A stretch of 64,000 nucleotides of DNA from Microbacteriaceae bacterium (GCA_947447395.1 CANFJH010000001.1:4628-68627), one strand, 5' to 3'; positions 37,998 through 49,398 are shown, numbered from the stretch's first letter. A program made the numbers and translations. Notes: a model not told the origin generated them from the sequence alone.

Positions 37998-38975
37998 GTG
38001 GGTAAAGCGAAAATCATCGAATGGCGTAGGGCTAGTCCTTCGCCGTTAATTTTGGTATTCGGGTCCGAAGAGTATTTTTCAGCTTCTGCCATTCGCCGAA
38101 TCCGTGATTCACTTCGCTTGAACGAGCCAAGCCTAGAAATTTACGAAGTTGAAGCCAGCGAGTACGTTGCTGGGGATCTTGTAAATATGATTAGCCCTTC
38201 GCTTTTTTCCGATCCCAAATTGGTGATTATTAGGGGAGTAGAACGCGCTTCAGACGCTCTTATTGAAGAAGCAAAAGGTTTAGAAGTAGCCGATTTAGGC
38301 GATGCCACTGTCATTTTTCAACACGCCGGCACCAGCACGCGTGGGAAGGCGCTGCTAGACAGCATTCGTAATAACGATGAGGCAGTTGAAATTGCCTGCG
38401 CCAAAATCACCGACAAGGAAAAAGCAGCCTTCGTCCAGGCACATTTCACAGAAGCCGGTCGAAAATATTCACAGTCCGCGGTTCGAGCTTTGGTAGACGC
38501 ATTTGGGCAGGATATTCCTGAACTAGCTGCGGCCTGCGATCAATTACTTGCCGATAGTGCCGAGCAAATCGACGAGACTTTGGTCGACCGCTACTTTGGT
38601 GGGCGCATTGAAGCGACGGCGTTTAACGTTTTCGACAAGGCCGTTGAAGGTCACGCCGGAGAGGCTTTGGTTTTACTGAGACACGCTCTTCAAACAGGAG
38701 ATGATCCCATCAAGCTAATTGCCGGCATGGCATCTGGTTTGAAACGTATGGCTACCATCCTGAACGACCCTCGAGCAAGCGCTTCCAGCCTGGGTGTTGG
38801 CGACTGGGTCTTCAATAAGATTCGGAAGTCTACAAACGGCTGGGACGACGACGGAATGATTCGTGCCATTCAACTGCTCGCCGATGCTGATGCAGCTGCC
38901 AAAGGCGCCGAACGCCAGCCAGAATACCGACTCGAACAGCTTGTTGTTTTGATAGCTAATCGAGGCCGAGTTTGA
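37998..38975 (+). CDS. holA: DNA polymerase III subunit delta
   Basis: Position comEC-holA-rpsT; SPSLF, ELAAACDQL, ADAAAKG. Confidence 0.88.
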   Translation: MGKAKIIEWRRASPSPLILVFGSEEYFSASAIRRIRDSLRLNEPSLEIYEVEASEYVAGDLVNMISPSLFSDPKLVIIRGVERASDALIEEAKGLEVADLGDATVIFQHAGTSTRGKALLDSIRNNDEAVEIACAKITDKEKAAFVQAHFTEAGRKYSQSAVRALVDAFGQDIPELAAACDQLLADSAEQIDETLVDRYFGGRIEATAFNVFDKAVEGHAGEALVLLRHALQTGDDPIKLIAGMASGLKRMATILNDPRASASSLGVGDWVFNKIRKSTNGWDDDGMIRAIQLLADADAAAKGAERQPEYRLEQLVVLIANRGRV

Positions 38976-40132
38976 GGCAAATAAAGGGCATTTGGATTGT
39001 CATCACTATTTTCCTGATTGCAATTATTTTGAGACCTCCTGTGGCTCAAATTGGCCCAATTCTTGATTTGATTCAGTCGAAACTTCAAATCAATAGCACG
39101 CAGACAGCCATTTTGGCGGCCGTCCCTGTTTTGTGTTTTGGTTTTGGGGCATTCGCAGCCCCCGCCTTAGTCAAGCGATTCGGCTTAAATAAGACAATTG
39201 TTTGGGTGATGGTAGTCATCACAATGGCAGTAGCTCTCAGACCGTACCTAGGGTTTTGGGGCCTATTAGTGGGAACCACGTTTGTCGGTTTGGCAATCGC
39301 GATTGCCAATGTTCTTCTGCCATCCATTGTTCGGACACGTTTCCCTAAAAGAGTCGCGATTCTAACCAGCGGATACACCACAATCCTCGCCGCCTCGGCA
39401 AGTTTCGCAGCTGCCTTTAGCTATCCAAGTGCCGCTGCGCTCGGTTGGCAATTAGCACTAGAGTTATGGGCTTTGCCCGCGGTATTGGCCTTGGTATTTT
39501 CACTTTCGCTAACTAGGGGAGAGGTGAGTAGAACACACTTCAGCGAAGTCGAAGGTTCCGGCGATTTTCAACTAATTGTCAAGTCGCCAATTGCATGGTC
39601 AATCACTGGCCTTTTCGGGATTCAATCACTCGGCTTTTATGCGCTTTTAGCTTGGTTACCCAACATGGCAATTGATTCTGGCATTTCACCAAGTAATGCC
39701 GGAGGGTTGCTTTCTCTAATGACTATCGTTGGCGTTCCTATCGGTTTGCTCTTATCGTCCAATTTTGGACGGTTTCGAAATCTTGCCCCAATCGGCGCAC
39801 TTATTTCGGTGGTCACCATCGTTGGTTTAGTGCTTTTGATGCTTCACGTCTGGGTTCCAGCAGTGATCTTAATTGGTGTCGGACAGGCATCAAGTTTTCC
39901 GCTTTCACTGAGTTTAATCTCAACGAGGGCGGCAAATCAGCGTTTAACAACCATGCTTTCGTCCGTAGCGCAGGGTGCTGGGTACCTTTTAGCCGCCACG
40001 GGAACATTTATGTTTGGGTGGCTCGCCAAGTTCACCGGAAATTGGAAACTTAGTGTAATCGGACTCATTACGTTGACAAGTGTGCAGGTATTTGCTGCTT
40101 GGAAAGCCGGCAAGCCCAAGGTAATCCAATAA
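38972..40132 (+). CDS. MFS transporter, CynX/NimT family
   Basis: LRPP, ANVLLPS, QSLGFY...WLP, Q.AGYLLAA. Confidence 0.82.
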   Translation: MRQIKGIWIVITIFLIAIILRPPVAQIGPILDLIQSKLQINSTQTAILAAVPVLCFGFGAFAAPALVKRFGLNKTIVWVMVVITMAVALRPYLGFWGLLVGTTFVGLAIAIANVLLPSIVRTRFPKRVAILTSGYTTILAASASFAAAFSYPSAAALGWQLALELWALPAVLALVFSLSLTRGEVSRTHFSEVEGSGDFQLIVKSPIAWSITGLFGIQSLGFYALLAWLPNMAIDSGISPSNAGGLLSLMTIVGVPIGLLLSSNFGRFRNLAPIGALISVVTIVGLVLLMLHVWVPAVILIGVGQASSFPLSLSLISTRAANQRLTTMLSSVAQGAGYLLAATGTFMFGWLAKFTGNWKLSVIGLITLTSVQVFAAWKAGKPKVIQ

Positions 40133-40166
40133 AAAAAATCCCGCCGATTTTCATCAGCGGGATTTT
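40131..40166. terminator. Intrinsic terminator for rpsT, possibly bidirectional
   Basis: AAAATCCCGC...GCGGGATTTT stem with an A8 run (U-tract on the minus strand). Confidence 0.8.
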
Positions 40167-40178
40167 GACGTCTTAGCT

Positions 40179-40439
40179 TTAGAGAGCTGCGACCTTCTTG
40201 GCAATAGCCGACTTGCGGTTGGCTCCCTGGTTCTTGTGAAGAACACCCTTAGAAACTGCCTTGTCGATCTTCTTACCTGCGGTACGAAGCGCTTCGGTTG
40301 CTGCGGTCTTGTCTCCAGCGGTTGCTGCTTCACGAACTGCGCGGATAGCGGTCTTTACTTCGCTCTTCACTGCCTTGTTACGCTCTGCTGCCTTGGCGTT
40401 GGTGCCAATACGCTTGATCTGCGATTTAATGTTTGCCAT
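40179..40439 (-). CDS. rpsT: 30S ribosomal protein S20
   Basis: [23 protein letters not shown]. Confidence 0.98.
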   Translation of the reverse strand: MANIKSQIKRIGTNAKAAERNKAVKSEVKTAIRAVREAATAGDKTAATEALRTAGKKIDKAVSKGVLHKNQGANRKSAIAKKVAAL

Positions 40440-40605
40440 TGTTCACTTTCGGAAAAAGTTTTGATTGGGATTCGCTTCGGATGGAGACACTCACCCGTAA
40501 CAAACACCCAGCCTATCAGGGCTTAGGGCATAAGGGCAACCATTTATGCGAGAATGTATCAGTTGCGTTCGCAACAATTTGAGTTTGAATCCCAAGAGGT
40601 AAATT

Positions 40606-42462
40606 TTGTCGCCACGCGCTAAAACCAGGCTAGAGCCGGCGAAAACTAATCCGGATTTCATTCGCAACTTTTGCATCATTGCGCACATCGACCACGGCAA
40701 ATCGACCCTCGCAGACCGAATGTTGCAACTCACGGGTGTTGTCGATGATCGTTCGATGCGTGCTCAGTACCTAGACCGCATGGACATCGAACGTGAACGC
40801 GGTATCACCATTAAGTCGCAGGCCGTTCGAATGCCTTGGGAGCTTGACGGTCAAACCTATGCGTTGAACATGATTGACACTCCTGGTCACGTGGACTTCA
40901 CCTATGAGGTTTCCCGATCCCTAGCAGCCTGTGAAGGCGCCGTGTTGCTAGTAGATGCTGCGCAAGGAATTGAAGCTCAAACTCTGGCCAATCTTTACCT
41001 TGCAATGGAAAACGATCTACAGATCATTCCAGTTCTGAACAAGATTGACCTGCCTGCCGCCCAACCAGAAAAATATGCAGAAGAACTTGCCAACTTGATT
41101 GGCGGAGATCCAGCTGATTGCCTTCGAGTTTCGGGTAAGACCGGAATTGGGGTTGACGCGCTTCTAGACAAAATTATTCGCACTGTTCCGCACCCAGTTG
41201 GCGACCCAAATGCTCCCGCGCGAGCCATGATTTTTGACTCTGTCTATGATTCGTACCGTGGTGTTGTAACTTACGTTCGAATGATTGATGGCCATTTGGC
41301 GCCGCGCGAGAAAATCCAAATGATGTCTACTCGGGCCGTCCATGAAGCTCTTGAAATTGGTGTTTCATCACCAGAACCAGAACCAACCAAGGGGCTTGGT
41401 GTTGGTGAGGTTGGCTACTTGATTACCGGTGTAAAGGATGTTCGCCAGTCGAAGGTTGGCGACACCGTTACCACCGTGGCCAAGCCTGCCACTGAAGCAC
41501 TTAAGGGTTATTCGGAACCACTACCTATGGTGTTTTCCGGTATTTACCCAATCGACGGTTCAGATTACCCAAACCTTCGCGAAGCACTAGATAAGTTGAA
41601 ACTCTCCGATGCGGCCTTGGTTTACGAACCGGAAACTTCGGTTGCGCTTGGCTTTGGCTTCCGCTGCGGATTCCTTGGCCTTTTGCACCTTGAAATTGTC
41701 ACCGAACGCCTGGAACGTGAATTCGGTCTAGATCTAATTGCAACGGCGCCTTCAGTGGTTTATGAAGTCACCATGGACACTGGCACGGAAATCACCGTGA
41801 CCAACCCGTCAGAGTTTCCAACCGGAAAAGTGAAAAAGGTTCTAGAGCCAATGGTCAAGGCAACCATTCTGGCTCCCAAAGATTATGTCGGTGTAATCAT
41901 GGAACTTTGCCAGGGTAGGCGCGGTGTCATGATCGACATGCAGTATCTAGGTGAAGATCGAGTCCAGCTTCGATATACCCTGCCACTGGCGGAAATTGTT
42001 TTCGACTTCTTTGACCAACTAAAGAGCAAAACGCAGGGTTATGCATCTCTTGACTATGAAGAAGATGGCCTTGCCGAGGGCGATTTGGTTAAAGTGGACA
42101 TTCTGCTTCAGGGTGATCAAGTCGATGCATTTAGCGCCATTGTCCACAAAGACAAAGCGTATGCCTATGGAGTTTTGATGACTGGAAAACTACGCGAGTT
42201 GATTCCACGCCAGCAATTTGAGGTGCCAATTCAGGCGGCAATCGGTGCGCGAATCATTGCTCGTGAGTCAATTCGGGCGATGCGTAAAGACGTTCTTGCC
42301 AAGTGTTATGGCGGTGACATCTCTCGTAAGCGCAAACTTCTCGAAAAGCAAAAAGAGGGTAAGAAGCGCATGAAGATGGTTGGGCGCGTTGAAGTACCTC
42401 AAGAGGCCTTCATTGCCGCGCTTTCCACCGGCGATGAGAAAAAGGGCGACAAGAAAAAGTAA
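40606..42462 (+). CDS. lepA: Translation elongation factor 4 (LepA)
   Basis: [37 protein letters not shown]. Confidence 0.98.
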   Translation: MSPRAKTRLEPAKTNPDFIRNFCIIAHIDHGKSTLADRMLQLTGVVDDRSMRAQYLDRMDIERERGITIKSQAVRMPWELDGQTYALNMIDTPGHVDFTYEVSRSLAACEGAVLLVDAAQGIEAQTLANLYLAMENDLQIIPVLNKIDLPAAQPEKYAEELANLIGGDPADCLRVSGKTGIGVDALLDKIIRTVPHPVGDPNAPARAMIFDSVYDSYRGVVTYVRMIDGHLAPREKIQMMSTRAVHEALEIGVSSPEPEPTKGLGVGEVGYLITGVKDVRQSKVGDTVTTVAKPATEALKGYSEPLPMVFSGIYPIDGSDYPNLREALDKLKLSDAALVYEPETSVALGFGFRCGFLGLLHLEIVTERLEREFGLDLIATAPSVVYEVTMDTGTEITVTNPSEFPTGKVKKVLEPMVKATILAPKDYVGVIMELCQGRRGVMIDMQYLGEDRVQLRYTLPLAEIVFDFFDQLKSKTQGYASLDYEEDGLAEGDLVKVDILLQGDQVDAFSAIVHKDKAYAYGVLMTGKLRELIPRQQFEVPIQAAIGARIIARESIRAMRKDVLAKCYGGDISRKRKLLEKQKEGKKRMKMVGRVEVPQEAFIAALSTGDEKKGDKKK

Positions 42463-43604
42463 TGTCTACTTTTCACGGTTACGTCCATGTGCCGTTTTGT
42501 AAAGTCCGCTGTGGATACTGCGACTTCAACACCTATACAGCAACCGAGTTGCAGGGCTACCCCCAAACGGCCTTCATTTCAAATCTCCAGGTTGAGATCG
42601 AGTTAGCTAAACAATCGGTTGGTGACCGAGAACTCCAGACGATATTTTTCGGCGGCGGTACTCCAACACTTCTTCCAGCTAACGAATTGGCTGAGGCGCT
42701 TGAGTTATTGCAAAGAAACTTTGGTATCGCTGACGGTGCCGAAATTACAACTGAAGCTAACCCAGACACAGTCGATGAAAGTTATTTGAAAACCCTCAAG
42801 TCTGCTGGGTTTAACCGACTCTCATTTGGTATGCAGTCGGCAGTGCCGGAGGTTTTGGCCACCTTGGAGCGAACGCACAATCCGGCTGGTGTCGCAGAAA
42901 ATGTCGCCATAGCAAAACGCCTGGAATTTCAGACTTCGGTCGATCTTATTTACGGCGCTCCAGGGGAAACCATGGAACAGTGGCAAGAATCGGTTCACGC
43001 AGCACTTGCAATGCAAACGGATCACATTTCCGCTTATGCGCTAATTGTGGAACCAGCCACCAAGTTGGCACGGCAAATTGCATCTGGAGAGAAGCCGCAA
43101 CCAGACGAGGATCTTCAAGCCGATAAGTACGAGTGGCTAGATTACACGCTGGCTGAGGCTGGGTTTGAGTGGTACGAACTGAGTAACTGGTCCAGGGAAT
43201 TAGGCACCGCTTCGAGGCACAACATGGCGTACTGGCAAGGAATGGATTGGTGGGGGTTTGGACCTGGTGCCCACAGTCACGTTGCTGGTCGTCGTTGGTC
43301 TAACGTAAAGCACCCAACGACGTACGCAAAGCACCTTTCCGAAGGGCAAATTCCGAGCATTGACGGAGAACTACTTTCGGTAATCGAGCAACAAGAAGAG
43401 CGGGCAATGCTCGAACTCAGGCTTAAAGCTGGGTTGCAACTGGATGTTGTGAAGTCGCTAAATGAATCACATGCCAAAGCCGTTTCTGAATTAGTTGCCG
43501 ATGGGTTGATCGATGGCCGACAGGCACTGCAAGGTCGAGCCGTCTTGACACTGCAGGGGCGATTGCTCGCTGATTTTGTCCTTCGTAAGCTCCTAGGTCT
43601 ATAG
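42462..43604 (+). CDS. hemW: Radical SAM heme chaperone HemW
   Basis: YVHVPFCKVRCGYCDF, GGGTP, YELSNW, HN.AYW. Confidence 0.92.
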   Translation: MSTFHGYVHVPFCKVRCGYCDFNTYTATELQGYPQTAFISNLQVEIELAKQSVGDRELQTIFFGGGTPTLLPANELAEALELLQRNFGIADGAEITTEANPDTVDESYLKTLKSAGFNRLSFGMQSAVPEVLATLERTHNPAGVAENVAIAKRLEFQTSVDLIYGAPGETMEQWQESVHAALAMQTDHISAYALIVEPATKLARQIASGEKPQPDEDLQADKYEWLDYTLAEAGFEWYELSNWSRELGTASRHNMAYWQGMDWWGFGPGAHSHVAGRRWSNVKHPTTYAKHLSEGQIPSIDGELLSVIEQQEERAMLELRLKAGLQLDVVKSLNESHAKAVSELVADGLIDGRQALQGRAVLTLQGRLLADFVLRKLLGL

Positions 43605-43621
43605 CAATTCCAAGGGTAATA

Positions 43622-43648
43622 TTGGCACTCAGGAGTATCGAGTGCTAA
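43622..43648. promoter_or_regulatory. CIRCE operator (HrcA site)
   Basis: TTGGCACTC-N9-GAGTGCTAA, one mismatch to consensus, 11 nt before the hrcA start. Confidence 0.92.
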
Positions 43649-43659
43649 TTGGAGGTGCC

Positions 43660-44679
43660 ATGATTTCGGAACGTAGCTTCGAAGTTCTGCGCGCCATTGT
43701 TCAGGATTATGTAAGTACTCGCGAACCGGTTGGTTCAAAAGCGTTGTTAGACCGTCACGGTTTTGGGGTTTCGTCGGCGACAATTCGCAATGACATGTCG
43801 ATTCTCGAAGAAGAAGGCTTAATTCACGCTCCACACACTTCGGCTGGCCGCGTTCCCACTGATAGCGGATACAGGCTGTTTGTAGATCGACTAAATGATT
43901 TGAAGCAGTTGTCACTGGCCGAGCGCCAAGCTATGGAAACTCTGCTATCTGGTAGCGCTGACCTAGATGAAATATTGGGGCGAAGCGTTCGCATGTTGTC
44001 GCAGTTGACCAACCAGGTGGCCATGGTTCAATACCCAACACTTGGAAAAGCCAAGGTGCGAGGTTTCGAGTTAGTACCAGTCACCGATACCAAGGTGATG
44101 GTGATGCTAATTTCCGACAACGGTCGAATTCAACAGCACGTTGTAGATTTCGGGGTAAACGTTGAGCTTGAACTTTTGACTAGGGTTCGTGGGCACATCA
44201 TCGATTTGATTCTCGGCTTGCCTCTTTCTGATGTTGCAAAGGTAACCACCAAACTTCCTGAAGCTTTTGAGGCTAGAGACCACCAATTCGTTGAATCTGT
44301 GGTTCTAAACCTCCTTGATCAGGTGGATGCCAACCGCCAGGACAAATTGGTGCTCGCCGGAACCGCAAACCTTGTTAGATCTGAAATAGATTTTGGTGGA
44401 AATGTTTCGCCGCTTTTAGATGCCATTGAAGAACAGGTGGTTTTGTTGCGATTGATTTCTGAAATGGAAGCCGACAGCAACGGGGTTAGTTTGCTTATCG
44501 GTTCCGAAAATCACATCGAAGGCTTGAGCCAGACTAGTGTCCTAGTGTCTGGCTACGGCGCGGTGGATGAACCACTCGCCAAGGTTGGTGTTTTGGGCCC
44601 AACGCGCATGGATTACTCAACCAATATTTCTGCTGTTCGAGCAATTGCTCGCTACCTTTCAAAGAGCCTAGGAGTCTAA
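43660..44679 (+). CDS. hrcA: Heat-inducible transcription repressor HrcA
   Basis: EPVGSK, SSATIRNDM, HTSAGRVPT, GPTRMDY; GGAGG SD. Confidence 0.96.
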   Translation: MISERSFEVLRAIVQDYVSTREPVGSKALLDRHGFGVSSATIRNDMSILEEEGLIHAPHTSAGRVPTDSGYRLFVDRLNDLKQLSLAERQAMETLLSGSADLDEILGRSVRMLSQLTNQVAMVQYPTLGKAKVRGFELVPVTDTKVMVMLISDNGRIQQHVVDFGVNVELELLTRVRGHIIDLILGLPLSDVAKVTTKLPEAFEARDHQFVESVVLNLLDQVDANRQDKLVLAGTANLVRSEIDFGGNVSPLLDAIEEQVVLLRLISEMEADSNGVSLLIGSENHIEGLSQTSVLVSGYGAVDEPLAKVGVLGPTRMDYSTNISAVRAIARYLSKSLGV

Positions 44680-44680
44680 A

Positions 44681-45757
44681 TTGGCCGACCACTACGACGT
44701 CCTCGGTGTTGCCCGAGACGCATCTGACGATCAAATCAAAAAGGCCTACCGCAAGCTTGCGCGTGAGCTTCACCCAGATGTGAACCCGGAGCCTGAGGCC
44801 CAGGAGCGTTTCAAATTAGTTACTCACGCATACGAGGTGCTTATCGATGTTGAGCAGCGCCGAAACTACGACATGGGCGGTTCGAACCCATTCGGTGGCA
44901 ATGCGAATTTTGGCTTCGGGGACATCTTTGACTCATTCTTTGGCGGAGGGCAACGGGGGCCGCGTTCGCGCCAGCAACGCGGTGAAGATGCGCTGCTACG
45001 TATCGACCTAACGCTTCAAGAAGCAGTTTTCGGTGTCGCGAAGTCAATCGACATTGAGACAGCAATACTTTGCGAAAGCTGTAGTGGATCTTGTTGCCAG
45101 CCCGGCACCGACCTCCGCACCTGCGATGTTTGTGGAGGTTTAGGTCAGATTTCACGTCAAGTTCGAAGTCTGCTCGGCAATGTGATGACTTCGCAGCCTT
45201 GTAATGCTTGTCGTGGTTTTGGGCAGGTTGTTGAGAGCCCGTGTGTATCCTGCCGTGGCCAAGGTCGAGTTCGCGCCAGCCGCAGCCTCGATCTCAACAT
45301 TCCCGGTGGTGTTGAAGATGGTCTGCGACTGCAACTTTCAGGTCAGGGCGAAGTTGGTTTCGCAGGTGGTCCAAGTGGTGACATTTACCTAGACATTCGG
45401 GTAAAGGCAGACGACACTTTCAGTCGATCCGGCGATGACATAACCTGCGTACTCACTGTTCCAATGCACGAAGCTGCGCTCGGTTGCCAAGTACCTATCG
45501 AAACCTTCGATGGCCAGGTTGATCTAGAAGTTTCACCCGGAACCCAATCCGGCGACCAGATCACAGTGAAGGGTAAGGGTTCAAACAAACTTCGCCATCA
45601 GGGCCGTGGCGATCTCGTAGTGACCATCGAAGTGGGCACCCCACAGAAACTAGACAGCAAGCAGAAGGAACTACTTCGTCAACTTGCCAAGCTTCGTAAG
45701 AACGACGCCCCGGCTCTCAAGAAACATTCGCACGGACACTTTGGTAAGCGTCGCTAA
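44681..45757 (+). CDS. dnaJ: Chaperone DnaJ
   Basis: J-domain HPD, G/F region, four CxxCxGxG-type repeats. Confidence 0.96.
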   Translation: MADHYDVLGVARDASDDQIKKAYRKLARELHPDVNPEPEAQERFKLVTHAYEVLIDVEQRRNYDMGGSNPFGGNANFGFGDIFDSFFGGGQRGPRSRQQRGEDALLRIDLTLQEAVFGVAKSIDIETAILCESCSGSCCQPGTDLRTCDVCGGLGQISRQVRSLLGNVMTSQPCNACRGFGQVVESPCVSCRGQGRVRASRSLDLNIPGGVEDGLRLQLSGQGEVGFAGGPSGDIYLDIRVKADDTFSRSGDDITCVLTVPMHEAALGCQVPIETFDGQVDLEVSPGTQSGDQITVKGKGSNKLRHQGRGDLVVTIEVGTPQKLDSKQKELLRQLAKLRKNDAPALKKHSHGHFGKRR

Positions 45758-46503
45758 TGGTTGCACCGCTCTTTTTCGCAGCTAACATTTCTTCGCTCAG
45801 ATCTGGTTCTGAGTTCGTCTTAGACGGACCTGAAGGAAAACACGCCGCAGTAGTTCGTCGTATGCGGGCCGGTGAGGCAATTCAATTGACAGACGGCAAA
45901 GGTTTCAGAGTTTCTGGTTCAGTCTCACGAGTCGATGGTGCAAGTGTGATTGTTTCAGTAGCTGAAAACAAAGTTGAAACATTTCCAAAACTTCAGTTGA
46001 CCCTGGTTCAGGCGCTCGCGAAAGGTGACCGAGACGAACTCGCGGTTCAAGCGGCCATCGAATTGGGTGCACTTTCAGTTATCCCTTGGCAAGCGACTCG
46101 ATCTGTTTCCCGTTGGGACGGACCAAAAGCTTCAAAGGGTCGGGCACGCTGGCAGGCCATTGCGTCTGAGGCTGCCAAGCAGTCACTTCGAGTGTGGGAA
46201 CCTGAAGTGAAGAATATGGTTTCGACCAAGGAATTAGCTCGTTTAGTTGGCGACTTTGACTTGGTTTTAGTGCTCGATCCAACAGCGAACTCATCGATTA
46301 CGGGTCTTGGAGCAATCGCTGGAAGAATCGCCATCGTGGTCGGGCCGGAGGGTGGCGTGGATGAACTTGAACTAAATGAACTTGAAGTGTCTGGTGCAAA
46401 ACGAGTCCATCTTGGTGCCGGAATCCTACGTACTTCAACCGCAGGGTTGGCAGCGATTTCATATCTGGTTGGCTCTGCTGGTCTCTGGGAAAGCGCGGAA
46501 TAG
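45757..46503 (+). CDS. rsmE: 16S rRNA m3U1498 methyltransferase
   Basis: H...VRR, EAAKQS, VGPEGG, LGAGILRT.TA. Confidence 0.94.
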   Translation: MVAPLFFAANISSLRSGSEFVLDGPEGKHAAVVRRMRAGEAIQLTDGKGFRVSGSVSRVDGASVIVSVAENKVETFPKLQLTLVQALAKGDRDELAVQAAIELGALSVIPWQATRSVSRWDGPKASKGRARWQAIASEAAKQSLRVWEPEVKNMVSTKELARLVGDFDLVLVLDPTANSSITGLGAIAGRIAIVVGPEGGVDELELNELEVSGAKRVHLGAGILRTSTAGLAAISYLVGSAGLWESAE

Positions 46504-46512
46504 ACTGGAGCC

Positions 46513-46839
46513 ATGAGTGACTGCGTTTTTTGCAAGATTGTTGCCGGTGAAATTCCGTCCAAGTTGGTAGCCGAGTCTGAGCACGCCATTGCATTTAATG
46601 ACATCAAACCTGCGCAGCCAATTCACGTTCTAATCGTTCCTAAGAAACATTTCAATGACGTCGCAGACCTTGCCGCTCGTGATGAAGTAGTTCTCTTGGA
46701 CGTTATGCGTCTCGGAACCCAGGTTGCTGAAGATCTTTCCATAGGTTCATTCCGTTTCCAGTTCAACACTGGCGAAGAAGCTGGCCAGACCGTATTCCAC
46801 GCTCACGGCCATATCACCAGTAAGACTCCTAGGGCTTAG
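46513..46839 (+). CDS. HIT-family nucleotide-binding protein
   Basis: DCVFCKI, AFNDI.P, GQTVFHAHGH. Confidence 0.92.
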   Translation: MSDCVFCKIVAGEIPSKLVAESEHAIAFNDIKPAQPIHVLIVPKKHFNDVADLAARDEVVLLDVMRLGTQVAEDLSIGSFRFQFNTGEEAGQTVFHAHGHITSKTPRA

Positions 46840-47823
46840 ATGACTTTTCAGCCTTCAAGAGACTTTGAACTTGTTATCGAGAACACCTCCGTTGCTGAAA
46901 TTTTTGGGCCAAACGATGTACTTCTCAAGGAACTAGAAATCCAGTTTCCGGGACTTGAAGCCACTGCAAGAGGTACCCAAATCACTCTTCGCGGAAGCAA
47001 TGCTGATTGTGAATCAGCCAAGCGCATCATTGATCAACTCACTAATTTGGCCGCCACCGGTTTCCGCCTAGGTTCGGAGGACATTCGACGATCCACCAGT
47101 ATGGTCGCTTCTAACCAAGCCGCTAGGCCAGCTGAGGTTTTGAGTCAAAGTATTTTGAGCTCTAAGGGGAAGTCGATTCGCCCGAAGACTATCGGTCAGA
47201 AGGCCTATGTTGATGCGATTGATAACAACACCATCGTTTTCGGTATTGGTCCTGCCGGTACCGGCAAGACCTACCTGGCAATGGCTAAGGCTGTGCAGGC
47301 ACTTCAGCGCAAAGAGATTAGCCGCATTATCCTCACTCGACCTGCCGTTGAAGCTGGAGAGCGGTTGGGGTTTCTTCCGGGAACACTCAATGACAAAATT
47401 GATCCCTATCTTCGCCCACTCTTTGATGCTCTACACGAAATGCTTGATCCGGAAACAATTCCCAAGCTAATGACTTCCGGAACTATTGAGGTTGCTCCAC
47501 TTGCATACATGCGAGGGCGAACCCTCAATGATGCCTTCGTGATTCTTGATGAAGCTCAAAACACCACACCAGAGCAAATGAAAATGTTTTTGACCAGACT
47601 CGGTTTCAACTCGAAAATGGTGGTAACCGGAGACTCGACTCAGGTAGACCTACCGGGAGGAATGTCTGGCTTGAAGACGGCTCGAGAAGCCTTGAAGGGC
47701 ATACAGCATATGCATTTCGCGGAATTGTCGTCCGCAGACGTGGTGCGCCACAACCTGGTTGCAAAGATTGTCGATGCATACGGGAAATTTGAAGCTAAGT
47801 CTCAGAAAAGAAGCGAAAAGTAA
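46840..47823 (+). CDS. phoH: PhoH-family ATPase
   Basis: GPAGTGKT, RPAVEAGE.LGFLPG, YMRGRT, DEAQN. Confidence 0.94.
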   Translation: MTFQPSRDFELVIENTSVAEIFGPNDVLLKELEIQFPGLEATARGTQITLRGSNADCESAKRIIDQLTNLAATGFRLGSEDIRRSTSMVASNQAARPAEVLSQSILSSKGKSIRPKTIGQKAYVDAIDNNTIVFGIGPAGTGKTYLAMAKAVQALQRKEISRIILTRPAVEAGERLGFLPGTLNDKIDPYLRPLFDALHEMLDPETIPKLMTSGTIEVAPLAYMRGRTLNDAFVILDEAQNTTPEQMKMFLTRLGFNSKMVVTGDSTQVDLPGGMSGLKTAREALKGIQHMHFAELSSADVVRHNLVAKIVDAYGKFEAKSQKRSEK

Positions 47824-48281
47824 TGACCATCGAAATCAATAATGAATCTGCTGAGGCCGTGGATGAAGCCAGAGTCCTCGCCCTCGCAAGTTTCGCTCTC
47901 GACAAATTGCGTATTCATCCAAACGCAGAACTTGCGATTCAATTTGTAAATGAAGATGCCATGACAACACTGCATGTGCAATGGATGGATGAACCCGGCC
48001 CAACCGATGTTCTTTCGTTCCCGATGGACGAGTTGCGTCCGGGTAATGATCTCGAACTCAGCGAACCGGGTCTGCTTGGCGACATCGTTATCTGCCCACA
48101 GGTGGCTGCTGCTCAGGCGATTTCTGCAGGGCACGAAACGATTAATGAAGTATTACTTTTGGCCACCCACGGCATTCTTCACCTTCTCGGCTACGATCAC
48201 GCGGAACCCGATGAAGAAAAAGAAATGTTCGGTCTTCAAAGGGATATTTTGACAGCATTCTATGAATCGGAGCTCAACTAG
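47823..48281 (+). CDS. ybeY: rRNA maturation RNase YbeY
   Basis: PTDVLSF, LGDIVIC, HGILHLLGYDH. Confidence 0.96.
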   Translation: MTIEINNESAEAVDEARVLALASFALDKLRIHPNAELAIQFVNEDAMTTLHVQWMDEPGPTDVLSFPMDELRPGNDLELSEPGLLGDIVICPQVAAAQAISAGHETINEVLLLATHGILHLLGYDHAEPDEEKEMFGLQRDILTAFYESELN

Positions 48282-48282
48282 T

Positions 48283-49398
48283 TTGTTCACAGTAGCTATC
48301 TGGGTTGCGGTTGTAATTGCTTTTGCAGTAATTATTCTGTCGATTCTTGCTGCAGCCATGAAACGCGAGCTCAACGAATTTTCGCGGCATGAGTCACTAG
48401 GGTTCATAAGGCTGGCTCTGGTTGGAGCTTTTGGTGTGGTGGTCACTCAGGGGCTTACCGTTTTACCAATCAGCTGGTACTGGCTCACGGCGATAGTGCT
48501 TTCGATAACGGCAATCTTGCTTATTACTTCCCAGTTGCTCGCAAAAGGTTTGGGTCATCGTAAATTCGGTCAGAGCGTGGCCAAAATCGCGAAACCATTT
48601 GTGAAATCAATTGACTTAATTTTTACGCCCATTGCATCCAAGCCCATTGAAGAGCCTGAAGAGTTCGAACAAGAATTCATGGATTCGGTTGAAGATTTCG
48701 GTGAAACCGTGGTTCGCGAAATCATGGTTCCACGAATCGATATTGTTTCGATAGGTGGCGACAAGAACCTTCAAGAAGCACTTCGAAAATTCATGGAATC
48801 TGGTTTTTCGCGTCTACCCGTGCGTGGAAAAAATATCGATGACCTAGTGGGTGTGCTGTACCTGAAAGACGTTGCAAGAGTCTTTAGCGACAATTCAACG
48901 CGATTAAGCCAAGAAACTGCCGAATCGTTGGCTCGCAAACCCATGTTTGTGCCCGACTCAAAGCCGGTAGAAGAGCTTCTAAAGGAAATGCAAATAAAGG
49001 CCACCCACGTTGCGGTCGCCATTGACGAGTACGGCGGGGTTGCTGGCCTTGTGACAATGGAAGACGTCATCGAAGAGTTGGTCGGTGAAATAAACGATGA
49101 ATACGACCGCGAACGCCCAGATATTGAAGTGCTTGCGGAAGATGTTTTGCGTGTGTCAGCGAAATCCTCACTTTTCGAGTTGGGGGAGCGCATTGGTCTA
49201 GAACTTGAAGACGATGACATCGACAGCGTCGGTGGTTTAGTTACCAAGCTATTGGGTCGACTTCCTCGCGGCGGCGATCAAGTTCATCAATCGGGTTTGA
49301 CTCTCACCGCGGAACGCTTTGAGGGCAGAGACAAACGACTAGTCACCATCCTGGTGAAAGTTGATCAAGCAGTATTAGCGCTCGGAGAAGAAGAATGA
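48283..49398 (+). CDS. Hemolysin/CorC-family CBS-domain membrane protein
   Basis: N-terminal TMs, VREIMVPRID, FSRLPV, DEYGG, EDVIEELVGEI.DEYD; start uncertain (48262 or 48283). Confidence 0.85.
   Translation: MFTVAIWVAVVIAFAVIILSILAAAMKRELNEFSRHESLGFIRLALVGAFGVVVTQGLTVLPISWYWLTAIVLSITAILLITSQLLAKGLGHRKFGQSVAKIAKPFVKSIDLIFTPIASKPIEEPEEFEQEFMDSVEDFGETVVREIMVPRIDIVSIGGDKNLQEALRKFMESGFSRLPVRGKNIDDLVGVLYLKDVARVFSDNSTRLSQETAESLARKPMFVPDSKPVEELLKEMQIKATHVAVAIDEYGGVAGLVTMEDVIEELVGEINDEYDRERPDIEVLAEDVLRVSAKSSLFELGERIGLELEDDDIDSVGGLVTKLLGRLPRGGDQVHQSGLTLTAERFEGRDKRLVTILVKVDQAVLALGEEE

Noticed and set aside
43277-43915. 212-aa antisense ORF across the hemW-hrcA junction
   Set aside because: No protein motif; lies opposite two well-supported genes and a CIRCE site.
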